Positions 55,133 through 64,000 of a stretch of DNA of 64,000 nt are shown here, one piece after another. The notes beneath the pieces were generated by a model. The model was not told where the DNA came from, did not search any database, and saw nothing but the letters and a program-made list of their open reading frames with translations. Position numbers and translations under genes: made by a program. Position 1 is the stretch's first letter; every line of letters begins with the position of its first letter. The DNA is from an uncultured Nitrososphaerota archaeon (GTDB lineage Archaea; Thermoproteota; Nitrososphaeria; Nitrososphaerales; Gagatemarchaeaceae), in the NCBI GenBank assembly GCA_963718895.1, contig CAVRAG010000007.1, positions 384,001-448,000 of the forward strand. The letters run 5' to 3'.

Positions 55133-55264
55133 AGTCGAGCCGTCTGAGCACTCTTCGTGTCGCTTGACCGACGCGACCCTGGAGGACAGGTGTTGACTGC
55201 CCACCCAAAGAGAAACAGGGCAAACACGCCATCGACCTCAGCTAGTTCAGCAAGAGTCGATTCC

Positions 55265-55669
55265 TTACGCTCTTCTTCCCCTGCGTCCACCCTTCTTTCT
55301 GGTGGTGTCGTGAGGGATCGGTGTGGCGTCCTCTATGCGCCCGATCCTAAAGCCCGAGCGGGCGATGGCCCTGATGGCCGCCTGCGCGCCCGGACCGGGC
55401 GTCCTGGGACCCGTGCCGCCGACAGCTCTGACCTTGATGTGGACCGCCGTTATTCCCTTCCCCTTTGCGACTTCTGAAGCCGCCGACGCGGACCGCATCG
55501 CGGCATAGGGCGAGGCCTCGAACCTGTCTGCCTTTACGTGCCTGCCTCCCGAGGAGAACGATATCGTCTCGGCGCCGGTGAGGTCGGTGATGTGGACGAT
55601 GGTGTTGTTATAGCTGCTGTAGATGTGCACAACGGCCCAACGATCTTTCAGAAACTCTTCTTCTGACAA
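55265..55669 (-). CDS. rps11: 30S ribosomal protein S11
   Basis: [15 protein letters not shown]...SPYAAM...[23 protein letters not shown]. Confidence 0.97.
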   Translation of the reverse strand: MSEEEFLKDRWAVVHIYSSYNNTIVHITDLTGAETISFSSGGRHVKADRFEASPYAAMRSASAASEVAKGKGITAVHIKVRAVGGTGPRTPGPGAQAAIRAIARSGFRIGRIEDATPIPHDTTRKKGGRRGRRA

Positions 55670-55675
55670 TCCCTA

Positions 55676-56239
55676 TCACTTGCCCTCGGCCTGCGGCTCG
55701 GTCGCCGTCTCTGGGGCCGCAGGAGGTGCCTGCTCCGGCTTGGGCTCGGCGACCTTGGGGACCCCGATGCCACCCGTGAGCTGGATCCTCTGCTCGTCCT
55801 CCGCCGTGACGTGGTAGCCCGGTACCGACACGACCCGGTCGCCTATCTTCACGTGCCTGTGGACTATGAGCTGCCGGGCCTGTGCGGGCGATACTGCGCT
55901 GCCTCTCTTGTAGATGACCGTCTGGAGCCTCCTGCTCAGCATGTCCTCGACGCTGAGGCTGAGCACGTCGTCAAGTATCATGCCGGCCGAAAGGAGCCCC
56001 TTCTTCAGCAGGCTGTCGAGGAGCTTGCCTTCCTCGCGGGTGCGGACGACCTGAGGCGCGGCCAGAAGCCTCCTCGCCTGCTTGCGTATGGAGCTGAGCT
56101 GAGACTGGGCCTTCCAGAGCTCGCGCTTGTTCCTGAGACCGTAGCTGCCGAGGAGGTAGAGTTCTTGGGCGAGTTGGTCGGAACGCCAGGGGCTTCTTGG
56201 TGTGGACCACGTCCTGCGTGGCCTTCGAGGATCTCCCAT
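55676..56239 (-). CDS. rps4: 30S ribosomal protein S4
   Basis: MGDPRRPRR...YGLRNKRELWK...RRLQT...QARQLIVHRH. Confidence 0.97.
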   Translation of the reverse strand: MGDPRRPRRTWSTPRSPWRSDQLAQELYLLGSYGLRNKRELWKAQSQLSSIRKQARRLLAAPQVVRTREEGKLLDSLLKKGLLSAGMILDDVLSLSVEDMLSRRLQTVIYKRGSAVSPAQARQLIVHRHVKIGDRVVSVPGYHVTAEDEQRIQLTGGIGVPKVAEPKPEQAPPAAPETATEPQAEGK

Positions 56240-56251
56240 CTAGGCTTGCAC

Positions 56252-56752
56252 CTACTTCTTCTCCTTCTCTTCTGCCGCGCCCTTTGCTGCGTTGGCCGCT
56301 GCCTGGAGCGCGGACTTCCTCACACCCACGGTCCGTCCCTTCCTCCCCGTGGTGCGGGTCCTCTGTCCTCTGACCTTGAGACCGAGCCCGTGCCTCACCC
56401 CCCGCCAGCTCTGGACGTTCTTCTCCCTGTCGAGGTCCGTCTTGAGCGCAAAGTCGAGGTCCGGACCGACGAGCTGCTTCGTCTCACCCGTCTCCGGGTC
56501 CCTCCGCCTGTTCAGGGCCCACTGAGGCACCTTCAGAGATGAGCCGTCTATCAGGACCTTCTCGAGCTCCTTCAGCTGAGACTCGCTGAGTGTCCCGAGC
56601 CTGGCCCTGGGGTCCAGCCCTAGGCTGTTGACTATGGCCTGGGCAAAGTTGTCCCCGACGCCCTTCAGGTCGGCGATGGCGGGAATGAGCTTCTTCCGAC
56701 CCTCTAGGTCCTTCCCCCTAATCCTAACTAGGTACCTGAACTCCGACGACAA
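56252..56752 (-). CDS. rps13: 30S ribosomal protein S13
   Basis: FRYLVRI...NRRRDPETG...WRGVRHGLGLKVRGQRTRTTGRKG. Confidence 0.97.
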   Translation of the reverse strand: MSSEFRYLVRIRGKDLEGRKKLIPAIADLKGVGDNFAQAIVNSLGLDPRARLGTLSESQLKELEKVLIDGSSLKVPQWALNRRRDPETGETKQLVGPDLDFALKTDLDREKNVQSWRGVRHGLGLKVRGQRTRTTGRKGRTVGVRKSALQAAANAAKGAAEEKEKK

Positions 56753-56811
56753 ATCAGTATCTGGTCAGCCCTTAACCCTCGGATTATAAGAATTGCCCTA
56801 TCCCGGCGGCG

Positions 56812-57765
56812 CTATCGGTCGGAGGTGGCGTGGAGGACCTCAACGCTGTCAACCTTGCCGTCTCCGTCCAGGTCCATGCCCCGGAGGACGACGGCGTACT
56901 CCCCTCCCGTGTAGCCTGAGAAGACGTGGGAGGCGAAGTTGGTCATGCCGATGATCGCTGCCTTGGTCCCGGCACCGCTGAGACCTGCGGCCATGATACA
57001 GTACCTATCGTCGTTCCAGGGGTTCCTCACCTTGGCGATGAGCGCCTCCCTCTCCGAGTGGTACCTCGTGCCGGCCTCGTCGACTATCGACCCCCAGAAG
57101 TTCTCCTCGGAGAACTTTATCGGAAGGTGGGAGTTGATCTCGGCCGAGAGGACGTTGGTGCGGGGGCCCCCCACGATGATCAGGTTGGACCCTTCGAGCT
57201 TCTCGTTCTTGAGGTCGACGTCGAGCTTCACGGGGAACAATCTCGGGAGCCTGACGAACTGGCCCAGTGCGAAGCCAACTTGGATGGCGTAGTGTCCGTC
57301 CCGCCCCTGGGTCCTGTTGGGTCCGTGCGGCTCGGGTGAGCCGACCACTACCCACCCGTCGAGACTCCCCGAGACGATGAACTCGTGGAGGAACCGGCCC
57401 AGGATCGGGGACCTCGACGCCGAGGGGAGACCCGTGAACCGCTCGGCCTTCACCGGGAACTCGACAGCGAATCCGTCGACGGCGAGCGCGTAAAGGTCGG
57501 CTGTCCCGCCCCTGACAACCTTCTGCCCGACCTTCTTCACGAGGCCGGCACTCTCTAGTTTGCGGACGTGATAGTAGACGGTCTGGTGGTAGACCTTCAG
57601 CTCCCTGGCGATGGCGGACGGGTAGCTCGGGCCCCTGGAGAGGAGGCGGAGAATCTTGCTGCCCACGCCGGTGGCCGCGGGGAAGAAGCTGGTGGGGTCC
57701 TCGGAGACCGAGACCCTCTTTCCGGTGGATGCTTCCGTATCCAAGAGGAGACTCTCCCTGCGCAC
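56812..57765 (-). CDS. ArsR-like wHTH regulator with C-terminal alpha/beta domain
   Basis: KILRLLSRGPSYPSAIARELKVYHQTVYYHVRKLESAGLV; then VVGSPEPHGP, LIIVGGPRTN, AGLSGAGTKAAI, GMDLDGDGKVDSVE. Confidence 0.85.
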   Translation of the reverse strand: MRRESLLLDTEASTGKRVSVSEDPTSFFPAATGVGSKILRLLSRGPSYPSAIARELKVYHQTVYYHVRKLESAGLVKKVGQKVVRGGTADLYALAVDGFAVEFPVKAERFTGLPSASRSPILGRFLHEFIVSGSLDGWVVVGSPEPHGPNRTQGRDGHYAIQVGFALGQFVRLPRLFPVKLDVDLKNEKLEGSNLIIVGGPRTNVLSAEINSHLPIKFSEENFWGSIVDEAGTRYHSEREALIAKVRNPWNDDRYCIMAAGLSGAGTKAAIIGMTNFASHVFSGYTGGEYAVVLRGMDLDGDGKVDSVEVLHATSDR

Positions 57766-57851
57766 GAAACTGAGGCGATTTCAACAATTATTAAACGGTT
57801 ATGCATGGTCCGGGCGCCTCGAACCCGTCCCCTTCAGCGGAGGGTCGGATG

Positions 57852-57873
57852 CATGCAAACGCCCGTTTGCATG
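57852..57873. promoter_or_regulatory. Perfect 10-bp inverted repeat, candidate operator
   Basis: CATGCAAACG-CC-CGTTTGCATG between the divergent regulator and glmS, about 25 nt upstream of TTATAA. Confidence 0.6.
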
Positions 57874-57933
57874 GATGGGCCCGCAACGCGACGGGTGTTA
57901 TAACGGCTGCGGGGCCGGGCTCAAGGAAAGACT

Positions 57934-59700
57934 TTGTGCGGGATAATCGCCGGTATCTCAGATGAAGAAATCGCCCCCATCTTGATCGAGGGCCTGAGGC
58001 GGGTCGAGTACAGGGGATATGACTCGGCCGGCATCGCTACGGTGAGCGACGGGAGGCTCGAGGTGAGGAAGGAGGTCGGGAGGATAGATGACCTCGAGAG
58101 GGGGTACCACGCCTCCGAGATGGCCGGGCACACGGGCGTGTCTCACACGCGGTGGGCGACCCACGGCGGGGTGACCCAGGCCAACGCCCATCCGCACGCG
58201 TCCTGCGGGAGCACTGTGGCGGTGGTCCACAACGGGATAATAGAGAACTACCTCGAGCTGAAGGAGAGGCTCATCAAGGACGGTCACGTCTTCAAGAGCG
58301 AGACGGACACCGAGGTGATCTCCCACCTCATCGAGGAGGCCTGCAGGGACGGGAAGGACCCACTGGGCGCCACCCTGAGCACGATCAGGATGCTCAAGGG
58401 TCAGTACGCGATCGTGGTCCTGTTCAGGGACCACCCCGAAGTGCTCATGGGAGCGAGGAACGACGCGCCCCTGGTCGTGGGGGTGGGCGAGAGAGAGATG
58501 TTCCTTGCGAGCGACGTGCTTGCGTTCATTTCAAGGACCGACAGGGCCGTCTTCCTCGACAACATGGAGGTCGTGGAAGTGACGGCGAGGGGGTACAAGG
58601 TCTACAACGCAGACGGGGTCGCAGTGGAGAAGAGCCCGACGCAGCTCGCGTGGGAGCTCTCGGACCTGTCGAAACTGGACTACGCCCACTACACCCTCAA
58701 GGAAATCCACGAACAGCCGGCGACGGTGCAGCGGGCGATCCTTCAGGACCCCAGAAGGCTCGATCCGTTCGTCCGCGTGATCAAGGGTGCAAAGTCGCTG
58801 CTTCTCACGGCCTCGGGATCCAGCTACCACGCGGCGATGCTCCTGAAGGACAGGCTGAACCGGGAGGCGATGGTCAGGTGTGACGCCGTCCTGGCGGGCG
58901 AGTTCGAGGACCAGGCTCACTTCGTTGGGGAGGGGACCGTTGTCATCGCGTTCAGCCAGAGCGGGGAGACCGCAGACCTCCTCAACGCGGTCAAGGTGGC
59001 GAGGGAGAGGGGCGCGAAGGTGATCTCGGTGGTCAACGCCGCGGGCTCGACCCTCGCCCGGGAGTCGGACGAGGCCCTGCTCCTGAACTGCGGACCCGAG
59101 GTCGGCGTCGCCGCCACGAAGAGCTTCACGGCCCAGGTGATGGTCGGCAACGTGATAGCGGACGCGGTCATTGGAAGGAACACCGTGGGAGACCACGAGG
59201 AGGTAGGCAGGCTCATAGAGGAGACGCTCCTGTGTGAAGGACAGGTCCGGGAGATAGCGAAGACCTTCAGCGACCGGCCCGACTTCTACTTCATCGCCCG
59301 CGGGCACCACTTCCCGCTGGCCCTCGAGGGGGCCCTCAAGCTGAAGGAGCTCTCGTACGTACACGCCGAGGGGATGCCCGCCAGCGAGCTGAAGCACGGT
59401 ACGCTGGCCCTCATCGAGAAGGGGACGCCGGTCGTCGTCATAGCTCGGGGAGGGGAGGGTTTCGACAGCACCATCTCGAACGCCCTGGAGCTCTCGGCCA
59501 GAGGTGCGGAGGTCATCGGGATCTCTGACAAAGAGCACCCGGTCTTCAGGTACAGGGTTGCGATCCCGTCGTCCAACGAGAGCGTCGCTCCGATACTCGA
59601 GGTGATCCCGCTGCAGCTTCTCGCCTACTTCATGGCGACCGAGCGGAAGAACGACCCCGACTACCCCCGGAACCTGGCGAAATCCGTCACCGTCAGGTGA
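57934..59700 (+). CDS. glmS: Glutamine--fructose-6-phosphate aminotransferase
   Basis: MCGII, EYRGYDSAG, HTRWATHG, SQSGETAD, AATKSF, PRNLAKSVTV. Confidence 0.98.
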   Translation: MCGIIAGISDEEIAPILIEGLRRVEYRGYDSAGIATVSDGRLEVRKEVGRIDDLERGYHASEMAGHTGVSHTRWATHGGVTQANAHPHASCGSTVAVVHNGIIENYLELKERLIKDGHVFKSETDTEVISHLIEEACRDGKDPLGATLSTIRMLKGQYAIVVLFRDHPEVLMGARNDAPLVVGVGEREMFLASDVLAFISRTDRAVFLDNMEVVEVTARGYKVYNADGVAVEKSPTQLAWELSDLSKLDYAHYTLKEIHEQPATVQRAILQDPRRLDPFVRVIKGAKSLLLTASGSSYHAAMLLKDRLNREAMVRCDAVLAGEFEDQAHFVGEGTVVIAFSQSGETADLLNAVKVARERGAKVISVVNAAGSTLARESDEALLLNCGPEVGVAATKSFTAQVMVGNVIADAVIGRNTVGDHEEVGRLIEETLLCEGQVREIAKTFSDRPDFYFIARGHHFPLALEGALKLKELSYVHAEGMPASELKHGTLALIEKGTPVVVIARGGEGFDSTISNALELSARGAEVIGISDKEHPVFRYRVAIPSSNESVAPILEVIPLQLLAYFMATERKNDPDYPRNLAKSVTVR

Positions 59701-59770
59701 GTTCTCCGGAGCGGGCGGGCCGCGATCCGGCGCAAACAAAAATTAATATCGATGCGCGAGACGGTAGGTC

Positions 59771-60793
59771 GTGCAAGACCGGAAAAAGTACCTTACCGCG
59801 CCCGAGAAGTCCATCGAAGTTGGAAAGAAGAGCATATCGAGGCTCCTCGAGGAGATGGCCCAGACGGGATTCCAGGGAAAGCGGCTGGGCGAGGCGGCCA
59901 GGATCTGGGCCGAGATGACCCAACAGACGGGCTTGACCATCTTCATGGGTTACTCTGGCTCGATGAGCACCACGGGACAGTGGAAGCTCGTCAGGTGGTT
60001 GATCGAGAACCGGTACATCGACGTCCTGGTGAGCACGGGCGCCAACATCTCGGAGGACATCCTGGAGGCCATGGGCTACAAGTACTACCAGGGGACATGG
60101 CTCGCCAACGACGAGGAGCTCCTGGAAGCCAAGATCGACAGGTTCTACGACATCTACGCAGACGAGTACGAGTACAGGGAGCTCGAGGGGCTCATCAGGA
60201 AGTTCGCAAGCACCCTTGACACCGGGCGGGCGTACTCGACCAGGGAGTTCCTGAACAGGTTCGGGGAGTACCAGTGGAAGAAGGGCATCAAGAGCATCAC
60301 GGCGACCGCCTGGAAGTACGGGGTGCCGATCTACTCGCCCGGTCTCATCGACAGCGGGTACGGGGTCGCGCTCAGCCTCCTCAAGAGAGAGGAAGGGAAG
60401 CTCGTTAGGCTGGACCAGACCCAGGACATGGAAGAGCTCGGCCAGATAGCGGACAGGAGCAAGAGGACCGCGGTGGTGTACATCGGAGGCGGCGTCCCGA
60501 AGGACACCATCCAGCTCGCATCGATCATAAAGTCGCTCTCGAAGGGCGGGGAGGAATCGACCCCCCACGACTATGCGATACAGATCACCACCGACAGCCC
60601 ACAGTGGGGAGGACTCTCGGGATGCACCCTCGAGGAGGCCATCAGCTGGGGCAAGATCGCGGCCGACTCCACAAGGAGCGTCGTCTACTGCGACGCGACG
60701 ATAGCGCTGCCTCTGATCGCCCATTCGATGAGCGAGAAGGTGGAGAAGAGGAAGGACATCCCTGACCTGGGCTGGGTCTTCAAGAACAAGTAG
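59771..60793 (+). CDS. dys: Deoxyhypusine synthase
   Basis: TGFQG, VSTGAN, IGGGVPK, GGLSGCTLEEAISWGK, DATIALPL. Confidence 0.93.
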   Translation: MQDRKKYLTAPEKSIEVGKKSISRLLEEMAQTGFQGKRLGEAARIWAEMTQQTGLTIFMGYSGSMSTTGQWKLVRWLIENRYIDVLVSTGANISEDILEAMGYKYYQGTWLANDEELLEAKIDRFYDIYADEYEYRELEGLIRKFASTLDTGRAYSTREFLNRFGEYQWKKGIKSITATAWKYGVPIYSPGLIDSGYGVALSLLKREEGKLVRLDQTQDMEELGQIADRSKRTAVVYIGGGVPKDTIQLASIIKSLSKGGEESTPHDYAIQITTDSPQWGGLSGCTLEEAISWGKIAADSTRSVVYCDATIALPLIAHSMSEKVEKRKDIPDLGWVFKNK

Positions 60794-60863
60794 CTCCCGG
60801 ACCTCGGTCGGGGCGTTGCCCCTCGCTCGGAAAAAGGATTAATTCGTCCCCCGCCCATGGGGC

Positions 60864-61622
60864 GTGAAGACCATGTCGGAGACTTCGCTACGCGTCGAGA
60901 TAAAGGACACGGGCCCTCGGGTCTCCAAGCCCAACATTCTCGTTGGGGTTCCCGAGTCCGGGCTCGTTGGCACGATTGCCTGCTCATACCTCATCGAGCA
61001 GCTGAAGATGGCGGAGCGCGGGTTCATCGACTCCGACCTCCTCCCACAGGTCATGATAGTTCACGACTCGGCGGTGGCCTACCCCATGCACATCTTCGGG
61101 AAGGAAAACCTGCTGGTCGTCCTCTCCGAGGTCCCGCTGCCTCCCTTCGCCTCCCTCGAGGTCGCCAAGGCCCTGGCGTCCTGGGCGAAGTCCCTGAAGG
61201 CCAACCTGGTCATCGGAGTCAACGGGGCGCCCTCCAAGGCGCGGGACGAGTCTCAGGGAGAGGGCAAACCGACCGTGGTCGGGGTGGGGAACACCGAGGC
61301 TGCACTCGCACTCCTAAAGTCGAGCGGCGCCTCGGCCTTCGAGGACGGGATCGTCTCTGGGTTCTATGCGAGCCTCCTCAAGTACTGCAACGCGGAGGGG
61401 CAGAGCGGCATCACCCTCCTCGCAGAGTCGCTATCCCAGTTCCCGGACCCGGCGGCCGCGGCCTCCATCATCGAGGTGCTGGCCAAGCTCCTCTCCCTCA
61501 GTGTCGATACCAAATCACTTATGCAGGAGTCCGAGGAGATCAGGCTGAGGAGCAGGGAGCTGATGCGGGAGACCCAGCAGGCGTCGCAGCCCGGCGGACA
61601 GCCGCCGAGCGCGTACAGATAG
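60864..61622 (+). CDS. PAC2-family proteasome assembly chaperone
   Basis: VGVPESGLVGTIA..YLIEQLKM, FPDPAAAA, DTKSL..E.EEIR. Confidence 0.9.
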   Translation: MKTMSETSLRVEIKDTGPRVSKPNILVGVPESGLVGTIACSYLIEQLKMAERGFIDSDLLPQVMIVHDSAVAYPMHIFGKENLLVVLSEVPLPPFASLEVAKALASWAKSLKANLVIGVNGAPSKARDESQGEGKPTVVGVGNTEAALALLKSSGASAFEDGIVSGFYASLLKYCNAEGQSGITLLAESLSQFPDPAAAASIIEVLAKLLSLSVDTKSLMQESEEIRLRSRELMRETQQASQPGGQPPSAYR

Positions 61623-61632
61623 GTGATGAGGG

Positions 61633-62085
61633 ATGGAAAGAGACGACGAGCAACCCGAGTCCTTCGGAAGCGGGATCGAGAGCCTCTTCTCGGAGACGTT
61701 CGGGATGATCGAGGGGTCGCTCTTCGACCTGGAGACCAAGAGCCTGAGGCCGCTCTTCAACCTTGATATCACCGACGACGTGGTCACGGCGACCTTCGAC
61801 CTCCCGGGGGCGAAGAGGGACGACATATCGGTCACCTGCACCGAGGACACGATCAGCGTCGACGCGGAGATGACGCGGCCGGTGAAGCTGAGGGTCTCGA
61901 CGGGCCAGGTCGAACGAAGGGAGTTCGCGAGGTACTCGAAGAGGATCGTCCTGCCGGTCAGGGTCGACCCCGACAAAGGGACCGCCAAGTTCAGGAACGG
62001 GATAGTCGTGGTGAAGCTTCCGAGGCACCACGAAGGCAAGTCCGTCCAGATAGACGCAGGCTCCAGGGCAAAGAGACTGCGGTAG
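61633..62085 (+). CDS. Hsp20/alpha-crystallin small heat-shock protein
   Basis: DLPGAKRDDI...LPVRVDP...AKFRNGIVVVKLP. Confidence 0.92.
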   Translation: MERDDEQPESFGSGIESLFSETFGMIEGSLFDLETKSLRPLFNLDITDDVVTATFDLPGAKRDDISVTCTEDTISVDAEMTRPVKLRVSTGQVERREFARYSKRIVLPVRVDPDKGTAKFRNGIVVVKLPRHHEGKSVQIDAGSRAKRLR

Positions 62086-62247
62086 GGTGCCACGGGAACT
62101 CCACGCCCGGAGGACGCGCCCCATGCACGAGAGCAAGTGACTGCTGTCACGTGAGGCAGTGCTCGGTCGCGGGTCGGCTGACGGCGACGATCGGAAATCT
62201 GCCGCGGGTTAAATAGTGGAACCGCGAAAGCCCGCGAGAATTTCAAG

Positions 62248-63237
62248 GTGACTTACCGGGTATACGTCACGAGCAACGAGGTCCCAGAGGAGGCTCTGGA
62301 GATCATCAGGAAGGTCGCAGAGGTCAAGGTCAACGACATGTATGGGACGCCGCCGAGGGACGTCCTCCTGAGGGAGGTCGCGGACGTTGACGGGCTCTAC
62401 TGCAACATAACCGAGAAGATAGACTCGGAGGTCCTGAGCGCAGGGAGGCGGCTCAAGGTCGTGGCGAGCATGTCGGTAGGGTTCGACCACATCGACCTCG
62501 ATGCTGCCACGAAGAGGGGGATAATGGCGACGCACACCCCCGGGGTTCTCACCGAGGCCGTGGCCGACGAGACCTTCGGACTCATGCTGGCACTTGCGAG
62601 GAGGCTGGTCGAGGCGGACAGCTACGTCCGCGACGGGTCGTGGAAGCTCAAGTGGAGCCCGATGCTGCTCGTCGGCCGCGACGTCTATGCAAAGACCCTC
62701 GGGATATACGGGCTTGGGAGGATAGGGATAGCCGTTGCCAGGCGCGCCAAGGGGTTCGGGATGAAGGTGATCTACTACGACGCCATAAGGAACGAAGAGG
62801 CCGAGAGGATGCACGGGATTCAGTTCAAGACGAAGGACGAGGTCGTCGCCCAGAGCGACTACCTCTCGGTCCACGTCCCGTACACCCCGGAGACCAAGAA
62901 CAGCATCGGCGCGAAGGAGTTCAAGACGATGAAGCACACCGCCTACGTCATCAACACGGCGAGGGGCGGGGTTGTCGACGAGAAGGCCCTCATCGAGGCT
63001 CTGAGAGAGGGGACGATCGCGGGGGCCGCGCTCGACGTCTTTGAGAAGGAGCCCGTCGAGGCCGACAATCCCCTCCTGAGGATGAAGAACGTCGTGCTGG
63101 CGCCGCACCTGGCGAGCGGCTCGATCGAGAGCAGGACCGCCATGGCGGTGCTGGCGGCCAACAACCTGGTGGCAGGTCTGACCGGCCAGACCCCGCCCAA
63201 CCTCGTCAACAAGCAGGTCCTTCAGCGGAGGGGTTGA
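62248..63237 (+). CDS. D-2-hydroxyacid dehydrogenase (glyoxylate reductase-like)
   Basis: SVGFDHID, TPGVLTEAVAD, GLGRIG, INTARG, LDVFEKEP, PHLAS. Confidence 0.93.
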   Translation: MTYRVYVTSNEVPEEALEIIRKVAEVKVNDMYGTPPRDVLLREVADVDGLYCNITEKIDSEVLSAGRRLKVVASMSVGFDHIDLDAATKRGIMATHTPGVLTEAVADETFGLMLALARRLVEADSYVRDGSWKLKWSPMLLVGRDVYAKTLGIYGLGRIGIAVARRAKGFGMKVIYYDAIRNEEAERMHGIQFKTKDEVVAQSDYLSVHVPYTPETKNSIGAKEFKTMKHTAYVINTARGGVVDEKALIEALREGTIAGAALDVFEKEPVEADNPLLRMKNVVLAPHLASGSIESRTAMAVLAANNLVAGLTGQTPPNLVNKQVLQRRG

Positions 63238-63243
63238 CCACAG

Positions 63244-63681
63244 ATGCACTATGAAGGTTCGTTCGACGTCAAGGCAGCCAGGGACAAGGTCTACGACTTC
63301 GTCACGGACCCCGAGAAGGTCACCTCCATCTTCCCCGACGTCCAGAGCCTGAAGATCGTTGACGCGAACAACTTCTCGCTAAAGGCCAAGGTCGGGATCT
63401 CCTTCATCAAGGGTACGATGGACGTGAAGCTCTCGCTCGTTGACAATAGGAGGCCGACCTACTCGAAGCTGAAGGCGAGGGGGACGGGCCTTAACAGCTC
63501 GGTCGACCTCGAGAGCAGCTTCACGCTAGAGGACGCGCCCGCCGGGGGGACTCACGTCAAGTGGGCCGCGGACGCGAAGATCAGCGGGATGATGGCGAGC
63601 GTCGGCTCGAGGCTCATAGACTCCGCTGCCAACAAGTACGTGAAGGAGATCATCGGGTCCCTTGAGAAGAAGCTCTCCTAG
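63244..63681 (+). CDS. CoxG/SRPBCC family protein
   Basis: YEGSFDVKA..DKVYDFVTDP...ADAKISGMMASVGSRLI. Confidence 0.88.
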   Translation: MHYEGSFDVKAARDKVYDFVTDPEKVTSIFPDVQSLKIVDANNFSLKAKVGISFIKGTMDVKLSLVDNRRPTYSKLKARGTGLNSSVDLESSFTLEDAPAGGTHVKWAADAKISGMMASVGSRLIDSAANKYVKEIIGSLEKKLS

Positions 63682-64000
63682 GTCTTCTTCGAGGCGGCGA
63701 TCAGGGACAGTATGTAGTCAGGCCTGACCGGCATCCTCTCCACCACGACGCCGTACTCGGAGAGCGCGTCCTCGACCGCGTTGATGACTGCCGGGGTCGC
63801 GGCTATCGAGCCTGCCTCCCCGATGCCCTTGACGCCCAGGGGGTTCGCGTAGGTCGGGGTCTCCGTCCTCGCCCAGACCATCGTGGGCATCGTGTCCGAG
63901 GAGGGTATCTGGTAGTCGGCTAGGGTCGAGGTAAGTAGCTGGCCGTTCTCGTCGTACACTATCTCCTCGAGCAGCGCCTGGCCTGCGCCCTGCACGACGC
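63678..64000 (-). CDS. Xanthine dehydrogenase/CoxL-family molybdopterin subunit, C-terminal part
   Basis: QGAGQALLEEIVYDENGQL...DYQIP...NPLGVKGIGEAG...NAVEDAL. Confidence 0.92.
   Translation of the reverse strand, partial: VVQGAGQALLEEIVYDENGQLLTSTLADYQIPSSDTMPTMVWARTETPTYANPLGVKGIGEAGSIAATPAVINAVEDALSEYGVVVERMPVRPDYILSLIAASKKT

Noticed and set aside
55140-55260. Hairpins downstream of rps11 as an ncRNA
   Set aside because: The stems are short and imperfect, compatible with chance or a terminator; nothing else supports an ncRNA.
57790-57934. glmS ribozyme upstream of glmS
   Set aside because: No recognisable core consensus, and the TATA box lies only about 30 nt before the start, leaving no room for it.
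63244-64000. Aerobic CO dehydrogenase call
   Set aside because: The diagnostic active-site loop (AYxCSFR) lies outside the window; only a family-level call is supportable.

Overview
Archaeal chromosomal window. The best fit is a non-ammonia-oxidising, high-GC Nitrososphaerota (Thaumarchaeota) lineage; this is inferred from gene content, not from a search. About 0-2.5 kb: ABC exporter. About 2.6-17.3 kb: a visibly lower-GC surface-glycosylation island with GT2/GT4 enzymes, an epimerase, a methyltransferase, two large polytopic membrane proteins and a flippase. About 17.3-23.3 kb: a pilin-signal protein and an SlaA/SlaB-like S-layer pair. About 23.5-28.4 kb: sulfite-oxidase-family enzyme, Lrp regulator, HExxH protein and a nucleotidyltransferase-kinase fusion. 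About 28.4-56.8 kb: the conserved archaeal translation/transcription/isoprenoid superoperon on the minus strand (S13-S4-S11-RpoD-L18e-L13-S9-RpoN-eno-S2-MEMO1-mvk-ipk-fni-GGPPS-gltX-L7Ae-S28e-L24e-ndk-aIF5B-S6e-aIF2g-PIN-RpoE1-Spt4-DPCK-S24e-S27ae), interrupted at four points by accessory inserts. About 56.8-64 kb: HTH regulator, glmS, dys, PAC2, Hsp20, 2-hydroxyacid dehydrogenase, CoxG and a partial CoxL-family gene. Single-base frameshifts are frequent, including in essential genes, and are best read as sequencing errors, so many boundaries are approximate. The most notable observation is two free-standing LAGLIDADG+HTH genes next to ribosomal protein genes. One faces an rps28e gene whose last 14 codons switch abruptly to A/T-ending synonymous codons, consistent with intron-less homing using a recoded, cleavage-resistant host allele. 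Also notable: apparent CTG/ACG start codons in several core genes, and a candidate glmS regulator with a palindromic operator. No rRNA, tRNA or CRISPR array was recognised.
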